A stretch of DNA of 64,000 bases from a virus, in the IMG/VR virus record IMGVR_UViG_3300045988_184160, positions 64,001 to 128,000 of that record; one strand, written 5' to 3'. The notes under the pieces are model-generated. The model had not been told where the DNA came from. It did no database searches and worked only from the letters and a program-made list of their open reading frames with translations. Numbering within the stretch: position 1 is the first letter of the stretch; each line of letters begins with the position of its first letter. The translations under genes were made by a program, and so were the position numbers. This document shows, in pieces, positions 53,953-63,312 of this stretch.

Positions 53953-56556
53953 ATGAATTTCGATCCTAGAGACTCGTACCCGTCAGGTTCACCGCACGCC
54001 CGCAGGTCTTTTGACGGACCCCCTAGTAATGATTTCAGAAGAGGCGGTAACCCCCGTTTCGACAGGGGTGGTGACCCGAGGGCTGGGCGCGGCGGAATGT
54101 TCGACAGCATCCAGCCAGCCCAAGGTGAGCCTGAGCAGCAAAAGAAAAAAGATGGTTTTGACACCGGTTTAGAATATGCTGGTAAAGCAGCTAAACACAC
54201 CGGTAAAGGCATCGTAACATTCGTGAGCTCACTCAAAGACGTGAACCGTGTAACCTCAATGGACACAGGGCGCGCAGGCATAGCCTTGTCAGGCGGGTAC
54301 ATCCTAGCAGGCATGCTCCTATGGGTTGTCGCCTACTTCGCGCACCTCAACACCATCGGTTTAGCGGTGCAGATCGCAGGCGGGCTCATTGCTTTAAGCG
54401 TTTCCGTGCTCCTACGTTTCGGTCCCGTGGAGAAAGCTATCAAGAACGGGGAGCTTGAAGAACTACTCGGGGACGCCACCGAAGAGGAAGACGAAACCAG
54501 TGAGGATGGTGACGAAGTATGGGAAAGCGGGGGTGAACCATCCAACCCCACCATTGCGCCCACGTTCCCAGTAGTCATAGAAGAAGACGCGCCCGTAACA
54601 CCAATCGAGGATGTGGAGGATACCGCCCCGACACTACCCCTAACGGACGTGAACCTACCCGCGTTACAGGAAGAAACCCCTACGCCACCAAAACTACCAG
54701 ACCCCACACCAGCCATTGAACTGCCCACCCTGAAACCAGTGGAAACCGAGGTGGTATCAAACGGACCAGTAGCCCCACAACCCGCTGGCGGCGAGTTCAA
54801 CCGTTACCGCACCCCATCGAGGGAATGGTTGTGGGAGCAGGTTGTGAGGAACCTGCCGCATGCTAATCGAAACTATACGAAGTGGCGTAAACTACCAGAG
54901 TCTAATAGGCTGGTATCTGAAATCAGTGAGTTGCTTGTAAAGTGTGCGGTTTTCACTCTTAATATCCAGGATGATGACTATGACAGTAAGCCTGTTCTGG
55001 TAACTGATTCTGTTGAGCAGAACTCTTATGTAACAAGGTTTACATATAAAGTGAAGCCCAACACCCCACTTAGCGGCAACTCTGCTAAAGAGAAATTACT
55101 GCAGAGCCTATGCCTACAGTGGGCTAACAAAATTCAGGAAGAAAAAGGATTAAAGAGTACTCCGAATTACATATCCGGTCGTCAGATAGACCGTTTAGGC
55201 GAAGTTACGGTTGAAATAATTGATCGTAGTAACTCTAAGCCAATCACCATTGCGGATGCGTGGGAAGCTAATAAAGATATGCTGCTTTCCAGTGAACTTG
55301 CGATGCCTATTGTGCTAGGTATCACAGATGAAGGGGATGCTAATTTCCTGGATCTCCATAAGATCACCTCTATAATCGTCAGTGGTAAAAGTGGTACAGG
55401 TAAGACCACAACGATGATCTCTCTGTTGATGCAAATAGCAGCGTTAAACTCGCCCCGAGAAGTGAAAATTGATGTTTGTGACCCGAAAGACAAAGCATCT
55501 GATTTCGCTCATTTCGGAGTCCCCCACCTCAATAAGTTTGTGTCTGGCATCGATGACACTATCGACTACCTAAACGGACTTGAAAAAGAGAGGGTTGAGC
55601 GAGGCGATTTCTTAGGAAGCGTTGCCGAAGATAAAGACAATCCTCCAAGCTGGGCTAACTACTACACAGATAACCCTACAGCACGTGACAAGCTTCCCCT
55701 GAAAATTGTGATTATTGATGAATACAATAATTTCAAAAAGACATCACGTGGCAAAGAATTTGACCAGCTTGTGAGTTCCTTGGTTACAACTCTTCGTGTG
55801 TACGGTATTTTCTTGTGGCTGATACCGCACCGTATTGTTCAGGATAATATCAGTACGAATATATCTAAGAACATTGCGGTTCGAGGTATTATTAACCCAA
55901 CCCCAGAAGATCAGAAGATATTAGCTGCGAGTACCACGGTCAAGCCGATTGATACTTACAACCAAGGCGATTGTGTGTTCTACTCTGATATCGGTCCTGT
56001 GCGTGATGGGCAGGGGGAAAAGAAAACTGGGTTGTTTTTCAACAAAAGCATTGTTCCAGCAGGAGATTTCAAGGCTAAACCGGTGTCAGATTTCATATCG
56101 GCATTGTGGCATGGTATTGACCCTGAGGGTTTCCACTCAGGCGATTATATTGATAGCCGTCTTTCGTCTTGGAAATGTGATTGTGAGTTCAGGAAGCATA
56201 CGGGGCAGAAGGAAAAGGGGGAGCCTGTAGAGGCTTCTTCACAGGGTAAAGTTTCGCTTGCGAAGCAGGAGCCGTCGAAGCCACCAGCAGATAAGCCTTC
56301 GTCTGGTTCTTCTGGGGACATAGACGACGTGTTTGCCCTAATGGAAAGTCTTGCATTGGGTTCACAAGAGATTAGTGCTGATCCGAAAAAAGAAGAGGCT
56401 ACTCATGAGAGCGCGCCGCCTAGTGTTGAACAGCCACCAGTCGAACCAGCTACTACACCAGTGCCAGAGGAGGAAGAGGGTCCTCAGCAAGCCCCACCCA
56501 AGTCTGAGGCACCCACTGCTAGGGATAGGTTGAGGATGCTGGAAGAAGGTTTCTAA
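53953..56556 (+). CDS. FtsK/SpoIIIE-family type IV coupling protein
   Basis: 867 aa. N-terminal TM helices (IALSGGYILAGMLLWVVAYFAHL, LAVQIAGGLIALSVSVLLRF) and a Pro/Glu-rich linker. Walker A in IIVSGKSGTGKTTTMISLL and Walker B in KIVIIDEYNNF. Confidence 0.85.
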   Translation: MNFDPRDSYPSGSPHARRSFDGPPSNDFRRGGNPRFDRGGDPRAGRGGMFDSIQPAQGEPEQQKKKDGFDTGLEYAGKAAKHTGKGIVTFVSSLKDVNRVTSMDTGRAGIALSGGYILAGMLLWVVAYFAHLNTIGLAVQIAGGLIALSVSVLLRFGPVEKAIKNGELEELLGDATEEEDETSEDGDEVWESGGEPSNPTIAPTFPVVIEEDAPVTPIEDVEDTAPTLPLTDVNLPALQEETPTPPKLPDPTPAIELPTLKPVETEVVSNGPVAPQPAGGEFNRYRTPSREWLWEQVVRNLPHANRNYTKWRKLPESNRLVSEISELLVKCAVFTLNIQDDDYDSKPVLVTDSVEQNSYVTRFTYKVKPNTPLSGNSAKEKLLQSLCLQWANKIQEEKGLKSTPNYISGRQIDRLGEVTVEIIDRSNSKPITIADAWEANKDMLLSSELAMPIVLGITDEGDANFLDLHKITSIIVSGKSGTGKTTTMISLLMQIAALNSPREVKIDVCDPKDKASDFAHFGVPHLNKFVSGIDDTIDYLNGLEKERVERGDFLGSVAEDKDNPPSWANYYTDNPTARDKLPLKIVIIDEYNNFKKTSRGKEFDQLVSSLVTTLRVYGIFLWLIPHRIVQDNISTNISKNIAVRGIINPTPEDQKILAASTTVKPIDTYNQGDCVFYSDIGPVRDGQGEKKTGLFFNKSIVPAGDFKAKPVSDFISALWHGIDPEGFHSGDYIDSRLSSWKCDCEFRKHTGQKEKGEPVEASSQGKVSLAKQEPSKPPADKPSSGSSGDIDDVFALMESLALGSQEISADPKKEEATHESAPPSVEQPPVEPATTPVPEEEEGPQQAPPKSEAPTARDRLRMLEEGF

Positions 56557-56581
56557 AAACAATAAATAACACCCTCTAAAT

Positions 56582-56621
56582 GCGGGGCGGGGTACCTAAT
56601 AAAAATGGTGTCCCGTCCCGC
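56582..56621 (+). terminator. rho-independent terminator-like hairpin
   Basis: gcggggcggggtacc ... ggtgtcccgtcccgc is a 15-bp stem counting G-U pairs, 26 nt after the stop. Confidence 0.6.
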
Positions 56622-56682
56622 GTTAGTTATATATACTTATAAACAACTAGACCACTAGTTCTGAGCGTGAAAGAAGCAAAAA

Positions 56683-56976
56683 ATGCACGACATATATAAT
56701 GAAGGAAAAACAGAGTTTGTGGGACTCATCCCAGGGGCACCTGAGGCTGTCACCAACATCCTCTACCTAGTATTAGTCCTATGTGCTGGGTATGTGCTCC
56801 TGAAACACGGTTTACCAATAATTAAATCCGTTACGGGGACAATAATCTCAGCAGTTTCAATCGCTGTTACGCTATTATTCCTCCTATTGTTTGCGCATAA
56901 TCTGGGGCTTGTTAATGCCACCCCAGTTTTTGATTGGTTGGGCACGGTATTCCCAATCATCGCAAGAAAACAATAG
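56683..56976 (+). CDS. small membrane protein
   Basis: 97 aa with two or three hydrophobic helices (ILYLVLVLCAGYVLL, ISAVSIAVTLLFLLLFA). Confidence 0.55.
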   Translation: MHDIYNEGKTEFVGLIPGAPEAVTNILYLVLVLCAGYVLLKHGLPIIKSVTGTIISAVSIAVTLLFLLLFAHNLGLVNATPVFDWLGTVFPIIARKQ

Positions 56977-56994
56977 CAGAGGGGTGACGCGCGT

Positions 56995-57510
56995 ATGATG
57001 AGTGAAATGTACGGCATGTTCGCTGGTGTGCCCGACTATTTGTGGTGGTGCTTTGCAGCTTTCCTAGTCTGGTTTCTTCTGGTGTTCACGGGGCTGGATG
57101 ACCTGATACCCGATATCCCGTTCGTACCATTGAGAGGGATGCTTCTCGCAGCAGGTATTTTCGGTGGTGTTGGCATACTCCTGTACTCGCGTATAGGCGT
57201 AACAGCACTGTATGTTGCCGCCGCTATCGGACTCGTCATTTCGGTTCCCATTACCCTGATGTTTACCAAAGTGAAAGCTGACTCGAAAGACATAAAACCC
57301 AATAGTATATCTGGGCAGAAAGGTGTCATCACCTCAATCACCAGCAAAGGTGAATATCTAATCCAGCTGGAATCCGAGTCCACAGGAAGAGTATGCGAAC
57401 CAGCGTCAAAAAACCGTAACGAAATTTTTGAGATTGGTGAAGAAATAATCATCACAGGTTACTCAAAACATAACCATATGCTACAGTTCGTTTCTGTGGC
57501 AGAAATATAG
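56995..57510 (+). CDS. NfeD-like membrane protein
   Basis: 171 aa. N-terminal TM helices plus a C-terminal beta-rich OB-like domain (GQKGVITSITSKGEYLIQLESESTGRVCEP...IGEEIIITGY). It lies directly upstream of an SPFH/flotillin gene, the classical NfeD-SPFH pairing. Confidence 0.6.
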   Translation: MMSEMYGMFAGVPDYLWWCFAAFLVWFLLVFTGLDDLIPDIPFVPLRGMLLAAGIFGGVGILLYSRIGVTALYVAAAIGLVISVPITLMFTKVKADSKDIKPNSISGQKGVITSITSKGEYLIQLESESTGRVCEPASKNRNEIFEIGEEIIITGYSKHNHMLQFVSVAEI

Positions 57511-57524
57511 AAGGAAAAATAAAT

Positions 57525-58874
57525 ATGCAACCTCTATTTCTCCTAGGCGGAGCATTCGTTCTGCTTGTCATTATTGTTACAGTTCTTGTTGCGACAATCA
57601 AAAAGTTCCTTATCACACCTGAGACATACAACGCTTATCTCCGGTCTTCTGGTAAGAAACTGACTGTTATCAGGAACACGCCATTCATTTTCATTCCGCT
57701 TTTCCAGCGGATCACTAAAGTGCCAACAATTAACCAGACCATTGATGAGCTTATTGTTATCTCCCCAGATAACAATAAAATCCAAACCAAAATCACATTC
57801 GATTCAGTGATCGCTGTTGGGGAAACAGATGAAGATATTAGGCGCGCGGCCACACGGTTCCCGTTCGAGAACGGTGACGCTGAAACTGAAATGGAGAAAC
57901 CTGTCGATATTGTGGCAGAAACGATCCAGAATACTTTGCGCGGGCTGGTTGCTCGTCAAACCGTCGAAGAGCTTATTGAGAATAAGGATAAGTTCGCAGA
58001 GGAAGTGTCAGCGGATGTTAGCCCCATCCTAAACAAGATGGGACTTGTCCTAGTCACCTTAACCATTAGGGAAGTTACCACCCCACCTGAGCTAAATGAC
58101 GGGCGCGATTACATTAGTGACCTTGGTGAGATTAAACGCCAAGAGCGTCGTCTTGCTTCTGAGACCGCTAAAGCTGAGACCGATTACGCGGTGAAACGGG
58201 CGCATGAAGAGTCAGAGCGTAAGAAGTCTGAGGAAGCAACTAGGACAGCTGAAACTATCGCCGCGAATGAGGCTAAAAAAGCTGTCGCACTCCAAAAAAC
58301 TGAAACCGTTCGTGCTGAGGCACAGAAAGCAACCTACCGTGCTGACGAACTAGCTAAGCAGGAGATGCTTGCCGAGTCGGATCGTATCAAGGCTGAAGGT
58401 CGCCGGCGTGCCGAGCAGGAGAAAGCTGACGAGGAAGCATACAAGAGCATCCGTGCCGCCCAAGCCGAGAAAGAGCGGGCAGAGTACCGTCTGCAAGCTG
58501 AGCAGCTTGAAGCTGAGCGTGTCAAGGTTGCTGCTGAGGCGGAAGCGGACGCGGCACGTAGTAAAGCCAAAGCGGAAGCAGAAGCTATCGCGCTCCGTGG
58601 TGAAGCTGAGGCGGAAGCCATTCAGAAGCGCGCTGACGCCGAGAAGTCGCTCAGTGACGCATCGCTGCAGGTTCAGGCGCTACAGATGTACCCTGAGGTT
58701 GTTAAGAGCGCTGCTGCAGCCCTTGGTAACACGAACATGACTGTTGTGTCCTCTGACGGGCAGTCGGGTGTCGCGGGCATGCTCGCTGAGCTTATTGGTG
58801 TCGCTAAGAACATGGATCTCGGGAAATTCACTGAGGACGCTAAGGCAGTTGTGACCTCAAACAATAAAGAATAA
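57525..58874 (+). CDS. flotillin-like SPFH/band-7 protein
   Basis: 449 aa. N-terminal TM helix, an SPFH-type domain, then long Glu/Ala-rich repeats (AEAEADAARSKAKAEAEAIALRGEAEAEAIQKRADAE) typical of bacterial flotillins. Confidence 0.8.
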   Translation: MQPLFLLGGAFVLLVIIVTVLVATIKKFLITPETYNAYLRSSGKKLTVIRNTPFIFIPLFQRITKVPTINQTIDELIVISPDNNKIQTKITFDSVIAVGETDEDIRRAATRFPFENGDAETEMEKPVDIVAETIQNTLRGLVARQTVEELIENKDKFAEEVSADVSPILNKMGLVLVTLTIREVTTPPELNDGRDYISDLGEIKRQERRLASETAKAETDYAVKRAHEESERKKSEEATRTAETIAANEAKKAVALQKTETVRAEAQKATYRADELAKQEMLAESDRIKAEGRRRAEQEKADEEAYKSIRAAQAEKERAEYRLQAEQLEAERVKVAAEAEADAARSKAKAEAEAIALRGEAEAEAIQKRADAEKSLSDASLQVQALQMYPEVVKSAAAALGNTNMTVVSSDGQSGVAGMLAELIGVAKNMDLGKFTEDAKAVVTSNNKE

Positions 58875-58896
58875 CCTAGTCGCCACATAAACATGT

Positions 58897-58947
58897 GGGG
58901 CAGGTGCTAACACGGAGCAATCATGTTCCGGTAGCACCTGCCCCTTT
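58897..58947 (+). terminator. rho-independent terminator
   Basis: ggggcaggtgcta ... tagcacctgcccc stem followed by tttcc. Confidence 0.7.
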
Positions 58948-58956
58948 CCACATATA

Positions 58957-59802
58957 ATGGGTGACATGACAAGAATCAGACGCAACATATCGCCACTCCG
59001 CTACCCTGGGGGTAAAGCGAAACTAGCGCCGCTGGTTAGCGGGCTCGTGGAACGCAACTGGGGCACCCCACCGGTTTTGGTTGAGCCGTTCGCTGGTGGC
59101 GCTGGGCTGGGGCTGTCGCTCCTTGACGCTGGGATTATTGGCGGGTTGCATCTTAATGACCTGGATTACGGTGTTTATGCTTTCTGGTGCTCCGCATTAT
59201 GGGAAACAGAGGATTTCTGTGACATGGTGACAAATACGCCTGTGACTGTGGAAGAATGGCACCTGCAGCAGGAGAAATACCTCAACCCCAAGCAAGCCAC
59301 CCTATTGGAGGCGGGGTATGCGACGTTCTTCATGAACCGAACTAACCACTCTGGGGTGCTCACAGGCAGGCCCATAGGTGGGCTGAAACAAGATGGGAAA
59401 TACGGTATAGGGTGCCGCTACAACGCCCCTAAACTTGTGGAAAGAATCAAACATGTTGCGGGTATGCGTGACCTCATCGAGGTCACCAACCAGGACGCCA
59501 CAGAGGTTATCGCCGAGCACAATCATGCTAGTGACACGCTACTGTTCGTTGATCCCCCATACGTGGTACAGGGCAACAGCCTCTATAAGCAGACACCGTT
59601 CGGTGAAGAGCAGCACGCGCGGCTTGCTGATCAGCTTCACCAGACCACCACGCCTTGGATATTGACCTACGACAACCATCCTCTCATCACTGAAACGCTA
59701 TATGGGCAGCAGACGCAGAAAGATACGGTTCTCAGGTACAGTTTGAATAGCAGAAAACGGGAAACAGAGAAAATGATTCTTTCCCCAAACCTGAAACACT
59801 AG
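58957..59802 (+). CDS. Dam-like (D12 class) N6-adenine DNA methyltransferase, no adjacent recognisable endonuclease
   Basis: LRYPGGKAKL, the SAM motif VEPFAGGAG and the catalytic VDPPY. TATAAT at 58953-58958 overlaps the first ATG, so the in-frame ATG at 58966 may be a leaderless start. Confidence 0.85.
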   Translation: MGDMTRIRRNISPLRYPGGKAKLAPLVSGLVERNWGTPPVLVEPFAGGAGLGLSLLDAGIIGGLHLNDLDYGVYAFWCSALWETEDFCDMVTNTPVTVEEWHLQQEKYLNPKQATLLEAGYATFFMNRTNHSGVLTGRPIGGLKQDGKYGIGCRYNAPKLVERIKHVAGMRDLIEVTNQDATEVIAEHNHASDTLLFVDPPYVVQGNSLYKQTPFGEEQHARLADQLHQTTTPWILTYDNHPLITETLYGQQTQKDTVLRYSLNSRKRETEKMILSPNLKH

Positions 59803-59833
59803 ACTTACCGATCAACAGGAAAGGAAGAACAAC

Positions 59834-60679
59834 ATGGGCAGCATCAAACAAGCCAACGAATACAAGGCTGGGGACATTATCTTCTACAAGCACAATCCCA
59901 CCTCCGACTACGCGCCCTGCCTCGTGATCGAGCCGCCCGAAGAACGGGAACAGAAAACAGGGCGGAAGGAAATGCTGATCCACGGCATCATCCCCGAATA
60001 CTATGAGGTGAAACACGGGAACAGTACCCGCCTGTACGTGTCCTATGATGCGGAAGACCACGCGATGAAAACACCTTTAGCGCATATCGCGGTAGCGCAG
60101 CATGTGCAGGACGAATGCTACCGCCCGCGGGATGAGCGGGCAGTGTTTTTCGACCCCGACGAATACTATGTGGTACCCACCGACAGCTGGCTTATCGGTG
60201 TGTCAGGTGACGGATGGTCTGCTGGTGATAAAGAAACCGTTATTTTGAGTGATATTGACGAGACACTACCCAGCACCATTGCTGTAGTGTCTTCCCTCCC
60301 AGAAACCATCAAAAACGCTGGGGTGCGGGTCACCAAGAAACGCAACAATACTGGGACGAAACATTTCATGCGAACAATCCAGGGGATGCAGGAACGGAAA
60401 TTCTTTCCGCTGCTGCTCCCTAACCTGCTGGACGGGTTCAACCCTGGGGCGGAGGATGATAGGCACGGCACGGTTTTTGAGCATAATATCCTCGGAGTTT
60501 TCCCTAACCTCGGGTGGGTGATCACGAACGACGGTGAGGAAGCTAAACTAGTAATGCGCTGGGACGGTGAGAACGCTACCGATATTGCTGTGAAGGCGCA
60601 TAAGGATTTCAAGAAGAACACCCTAGCGGCGTCGATTAGTAAAACCGATGGTTCCGCTACCGTAACCATCAAATTCTAA
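59834..60679 (+). CDS. hypothetical protein
   Basis: 281-aa ORF with no motif. Confidence 0.6.
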   Translation: MGSIKQANEYKAGDIIFYKHNPTSDYAPCLVIEPPEEREQKTGRKEMLIHGIIPEYYEVKHGNSTRLYVSYDAEDHAMKTPLAHIAVAQHVQDECYRPRDERAVFFDPDEYYVVPTDSWLIGVSGDGWSAGDKETVILSDIDETLPSTIAVVSSLPETIKNAGVRVTKKRNNTGTKHFMRTIQGMQERKFFPLLLPNLLDGFNPGAEDDRHGTVFEHNILGVFPNLGWVITNDGEEAKLVMRWDGENATDIAVKAHKDFKKNTLAASISKTDGSATVTIKF

Positions 60680-60710
60680 AGAACAAGCCACGAAAAAGGG
60701 AGAAAACCTA

Positions 60711-61115
60711 ATGGCCGTATACATCTGCGAAGCAGACTACCCACACAGCAGCTTCGACCTAGAACTCACAGAACATAGGGACGGCACCTACGATGCGGCA
60801 TTGGGCATCATCCAGTACGACGAAAACGGTAAAGCGATCATGACTGGGGTAATCACCGATAAAAACATCACCGAAGAATCTTGCCTACCCAAGGGTGAAA
60901 TGTCAGCAATACACAAGGGAATACGGGAACTAGGCAGAAATAATACGAAGAACATTATCCTCAGCTTCCTCGAAGACGGTGGGGCAACACAAATCCGTGA
61001 AGAATACAATACAATGCGCAGGAAGTCGAAATCTTGGGAAGATACACGGAAATTCCACGTATGGGCGAACGGACTCATGCACCATATCCTTTTCGGTGAT
61101 GTACACAGTAGGTAA
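60711..61115 (+). CDS. hypothetical protein
   Basis: 134-aa ORF with no motif. A terminator follows. Confidence 0.6.
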   Translation: MAVYICEADYPHSSFDLELTEHRDGTYDAALGIIQYDENGKAIMTGVITDKNITEESCLPKGEMSAIHKGIRELGRNNTKNIILSFLEDGGATQIREEYNTMRRKSKSWEDTRKFHVWANGLMHHILFGDVHSR

Positions 61116-61163
61116 TACTGATTCACAGTAGATATTCCCCGTATCAATAATAGAATAAACAAT

Positions 61164-61209
61164 GAAGCTTGAGTATGTTAGTAATATGCACTCAAGCTTC
61201 CTCTTTTCT
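61164..61209 (+). terminator. rho-independent terminator
   Basis: gaagcttgagt ... actcaagcttc stem followed by ctcttttctc. Confidence 0.7.
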
Positions 61210-61293
61210 CCGACACCACAAAAACAAGACCCAATAAACCAGTAGGCAGGATATAATTCCTACAGGATTAACTCACCGAGTAAAGAAAGAACC

Positions 61294-63204
61294 GTGGATA
61301 CTATGGCGCAGGAACACTCCACCCCACAGAAAATTGAGTGGGCAGAATCAGCTAACCTCACCGATATTCTAGAGAAGCAACGTAAAGAACACCCTAACAG
61401 AGTGTTGTATCGCCTCAAAAGAGACACAGAGTGGGAGCCCCTAACAGCAGAGCAGTTCCATGAGCAAGTCACCCAACTAGCTAAAGGTTTGATTGCTTGG
61501 GGTGTGGAACCTGGGGACCGTATCGGCATCATGAGCCGCACCCGGTTCGAGTGGTCTCTCATTGATTTCGCTATCTGGTATGCGGGCGGCGTGTCTGTGC
61601 CGATCTATGAGACTTCCTCCGCGCATCAGGTGCACCATATAGTCACAGATTCAGGTTTACGTGCGGTGTTCGTTGAGACCGAGAAACTGGCGGTTCTCGT
61701 GGGTGAAGCGACCAGCAGTGTTGGGGGTAAACTCACCACCTGGGTTATCGAGAATGATGCTATTGACACCCTCAACACGCTCGGGGAGCCTGTAGACGAC
61801 GGGGCGTTAGAGAACGCACGCACCTCACGAGATAGCTGCAACCTAGCGACTATCGTGTACACCTCAGGGACCACAGGCGAACCAAAAGGATGCATGCTCA
61901 CCCACGGCAATTTCCTGAACCTCAGCAGTAACGCGAAACTCGCTATGAGTGAGATCGCCAACCCCAGCAACTCCACTATCCTGTTCCTACCCTTAGCCCA
62001 TGTCCTAGCCCGCACAGTGCAGATCCTCGCCCTCGACTCAGGTATGGCAGTGGGGCACGCACCCGACATTAAGAACCTCACCACTGACCTGCAGGAGTTC
62101 AAACCAACCATGCTGCTCGTTGTGCCCAGAGTGCTTGAGAAAGTGTTTGAGGGTGCAGCACTGAAAGCCAGTAAAGGCGGGCGTAGGAACGAAAACATTT
62201 TCAACAAGGCAGTAAAAGCAGCCCAGAGCTGGTCCGAACGGAAAATACGTGGACGCATCACATGGGGACCTTACCTGCAGCATAAGCTCTATGACCTGCT
62301 CGTGTACTCGAAGCTGCGGTGGGCGCTCGGTGGTAACCTAAAATACGCTGTCAGTGGTGGTGGTCCACTCAACCCTGACCTAGCGCATTTCTATCATGCT
62401 ATTGGAGTGAAAGTCCTTGAAGGATACGGACTAACGGAAACCTCAGCACCCATAACTGTTGGGTTACCCGACAAGTTCAGTGTCGGTAACGTCGGTTACC
62501 TTCTACCTGGGGCCTCTGGAAGGATCGCGGCTGACGGGGAGCTGGAAGTTAAAGGCCCCGGTGTGTTCCCTGGGTACTACCAGCACCCGAACGACACGAA
62601 AGACGCTTTCACTAGTGACGGCTGGTTCAAAACCGGTGACCTTGCAGAGTTCACAGAAGATGGTGCGTTACGGATTATTGGGCGGAAGAAAGAGATCATT
62701 GTGACCGCTGGCGGGAAGAACGTCATCCCAGCTAAAGCAGAGAACATGCTAAAGTCTTCTCCCGGTATTTCACAGGCTGTTCTTGTTGGGGACAATAAGC
62801 CGTTTGTGTCCGCACTAGTTACACTGGATCCTGATTCCCTACCCGACCAGTTGGAGCATATCGGGTTACCGAAGACTATGAGTCTGCAGGATGCTTCTGT
62901 GCACCCAAAGATCCGTGAGTACGTACAGAAAGCCGTAGATGAGGTGAACAGTTTCGTATCTAAGGCAGAGTCGATTCGCGAGTTCCGTGTCCTTCCGACT
63001 GATTTCACGGAGAAAGCGGGGCATCTGACGCCTTCGATGAAGGTGAAGCGGGTGAAGGTTTTAGAGGATTTCTCGGCGTATATTGAGGATATTTACTCTC
63101 GTGGGCGTAAAACTTTGTCCGTGAAAACACATGATGCTAAAGCAGCTGTCGCCGACCGGTTGCATAGTGTCGCGGATAGTATTTCCCCAGTAAAGGATAA
63201 GTAG
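61294..63204 (+). CDS. long-chain-fatty-acid--CoA ligase (AMP-forming, FadD15-like)
   Basis: 636 aa. AMP-binding signature IVYTSGTTGEPKGCMLTH, later YGLTETS and GWFKTGD...IIGRKKEII. GTG at 61294, or ATG at 61303. Confidence 0.9.
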   Translation: MDTMAQEHSTPQKIEWAESANLTDILEKQRKEHPNRVLYRLKRDTEWEPLTAEQFHEQVTQLAKGLIAWGVEPGDRIGIMSRTRFEWSLIDFAIWYAGGVSVPIYETSSAHQVHHIVTDSGLRAVFVETEKLAVLVGEATSSVGGKLTTWVIENDAIDTLNTLGEPVDDGALENARTSRDSCNLATIVYTSGTTGEPKGCMLTHGNFLNLSSNAKLAMSEIANPSNSTILFLPLAHVLARTVQILALDSGMAVGHAPDIKNLTTDLQEFKPTMLLVVPRVLEKVFEGAALKASKGGRRNENIFNKAVKAAQSWSERKIRGRITWGPYLQHKLYDLLVYSKLRWALGGNLKYAVSGGGPLNPDLAHFYHAIGVKVLEGYGLTETSAPITVGLPDKFSVGNVGYLLPGASGRIAADGELEVKGPGVFPGYYQHPNDTKDAFTSDGWFKTGDLAEFTEDGALRIIGRKKEIIVTAGGKNVIPAKAENMLKSSPGISQAVLVGDNKPFVSALVTLDPDSLPDQLEHIGLPKTMSLQDASVHPKIREYVQKAVDEVNSFVSKAESIREFRVLPTDFTEKAGHLTPSMKVKRVKVLEDFSAYIEDIYSRGRKTLSVKTHDAKAAVADRLHSVADSISPVKDK

Positions 63205-63312
63205 GAAAACAGCTGAGGTGGTGCGCTTGTCGTGTCTTTGGGATGCGCGAGCGCACCCCTTTGCTTTATCCTTATACTGAAACAGTAAACAGAAGAAAGA
63301 AATGGAACTACC

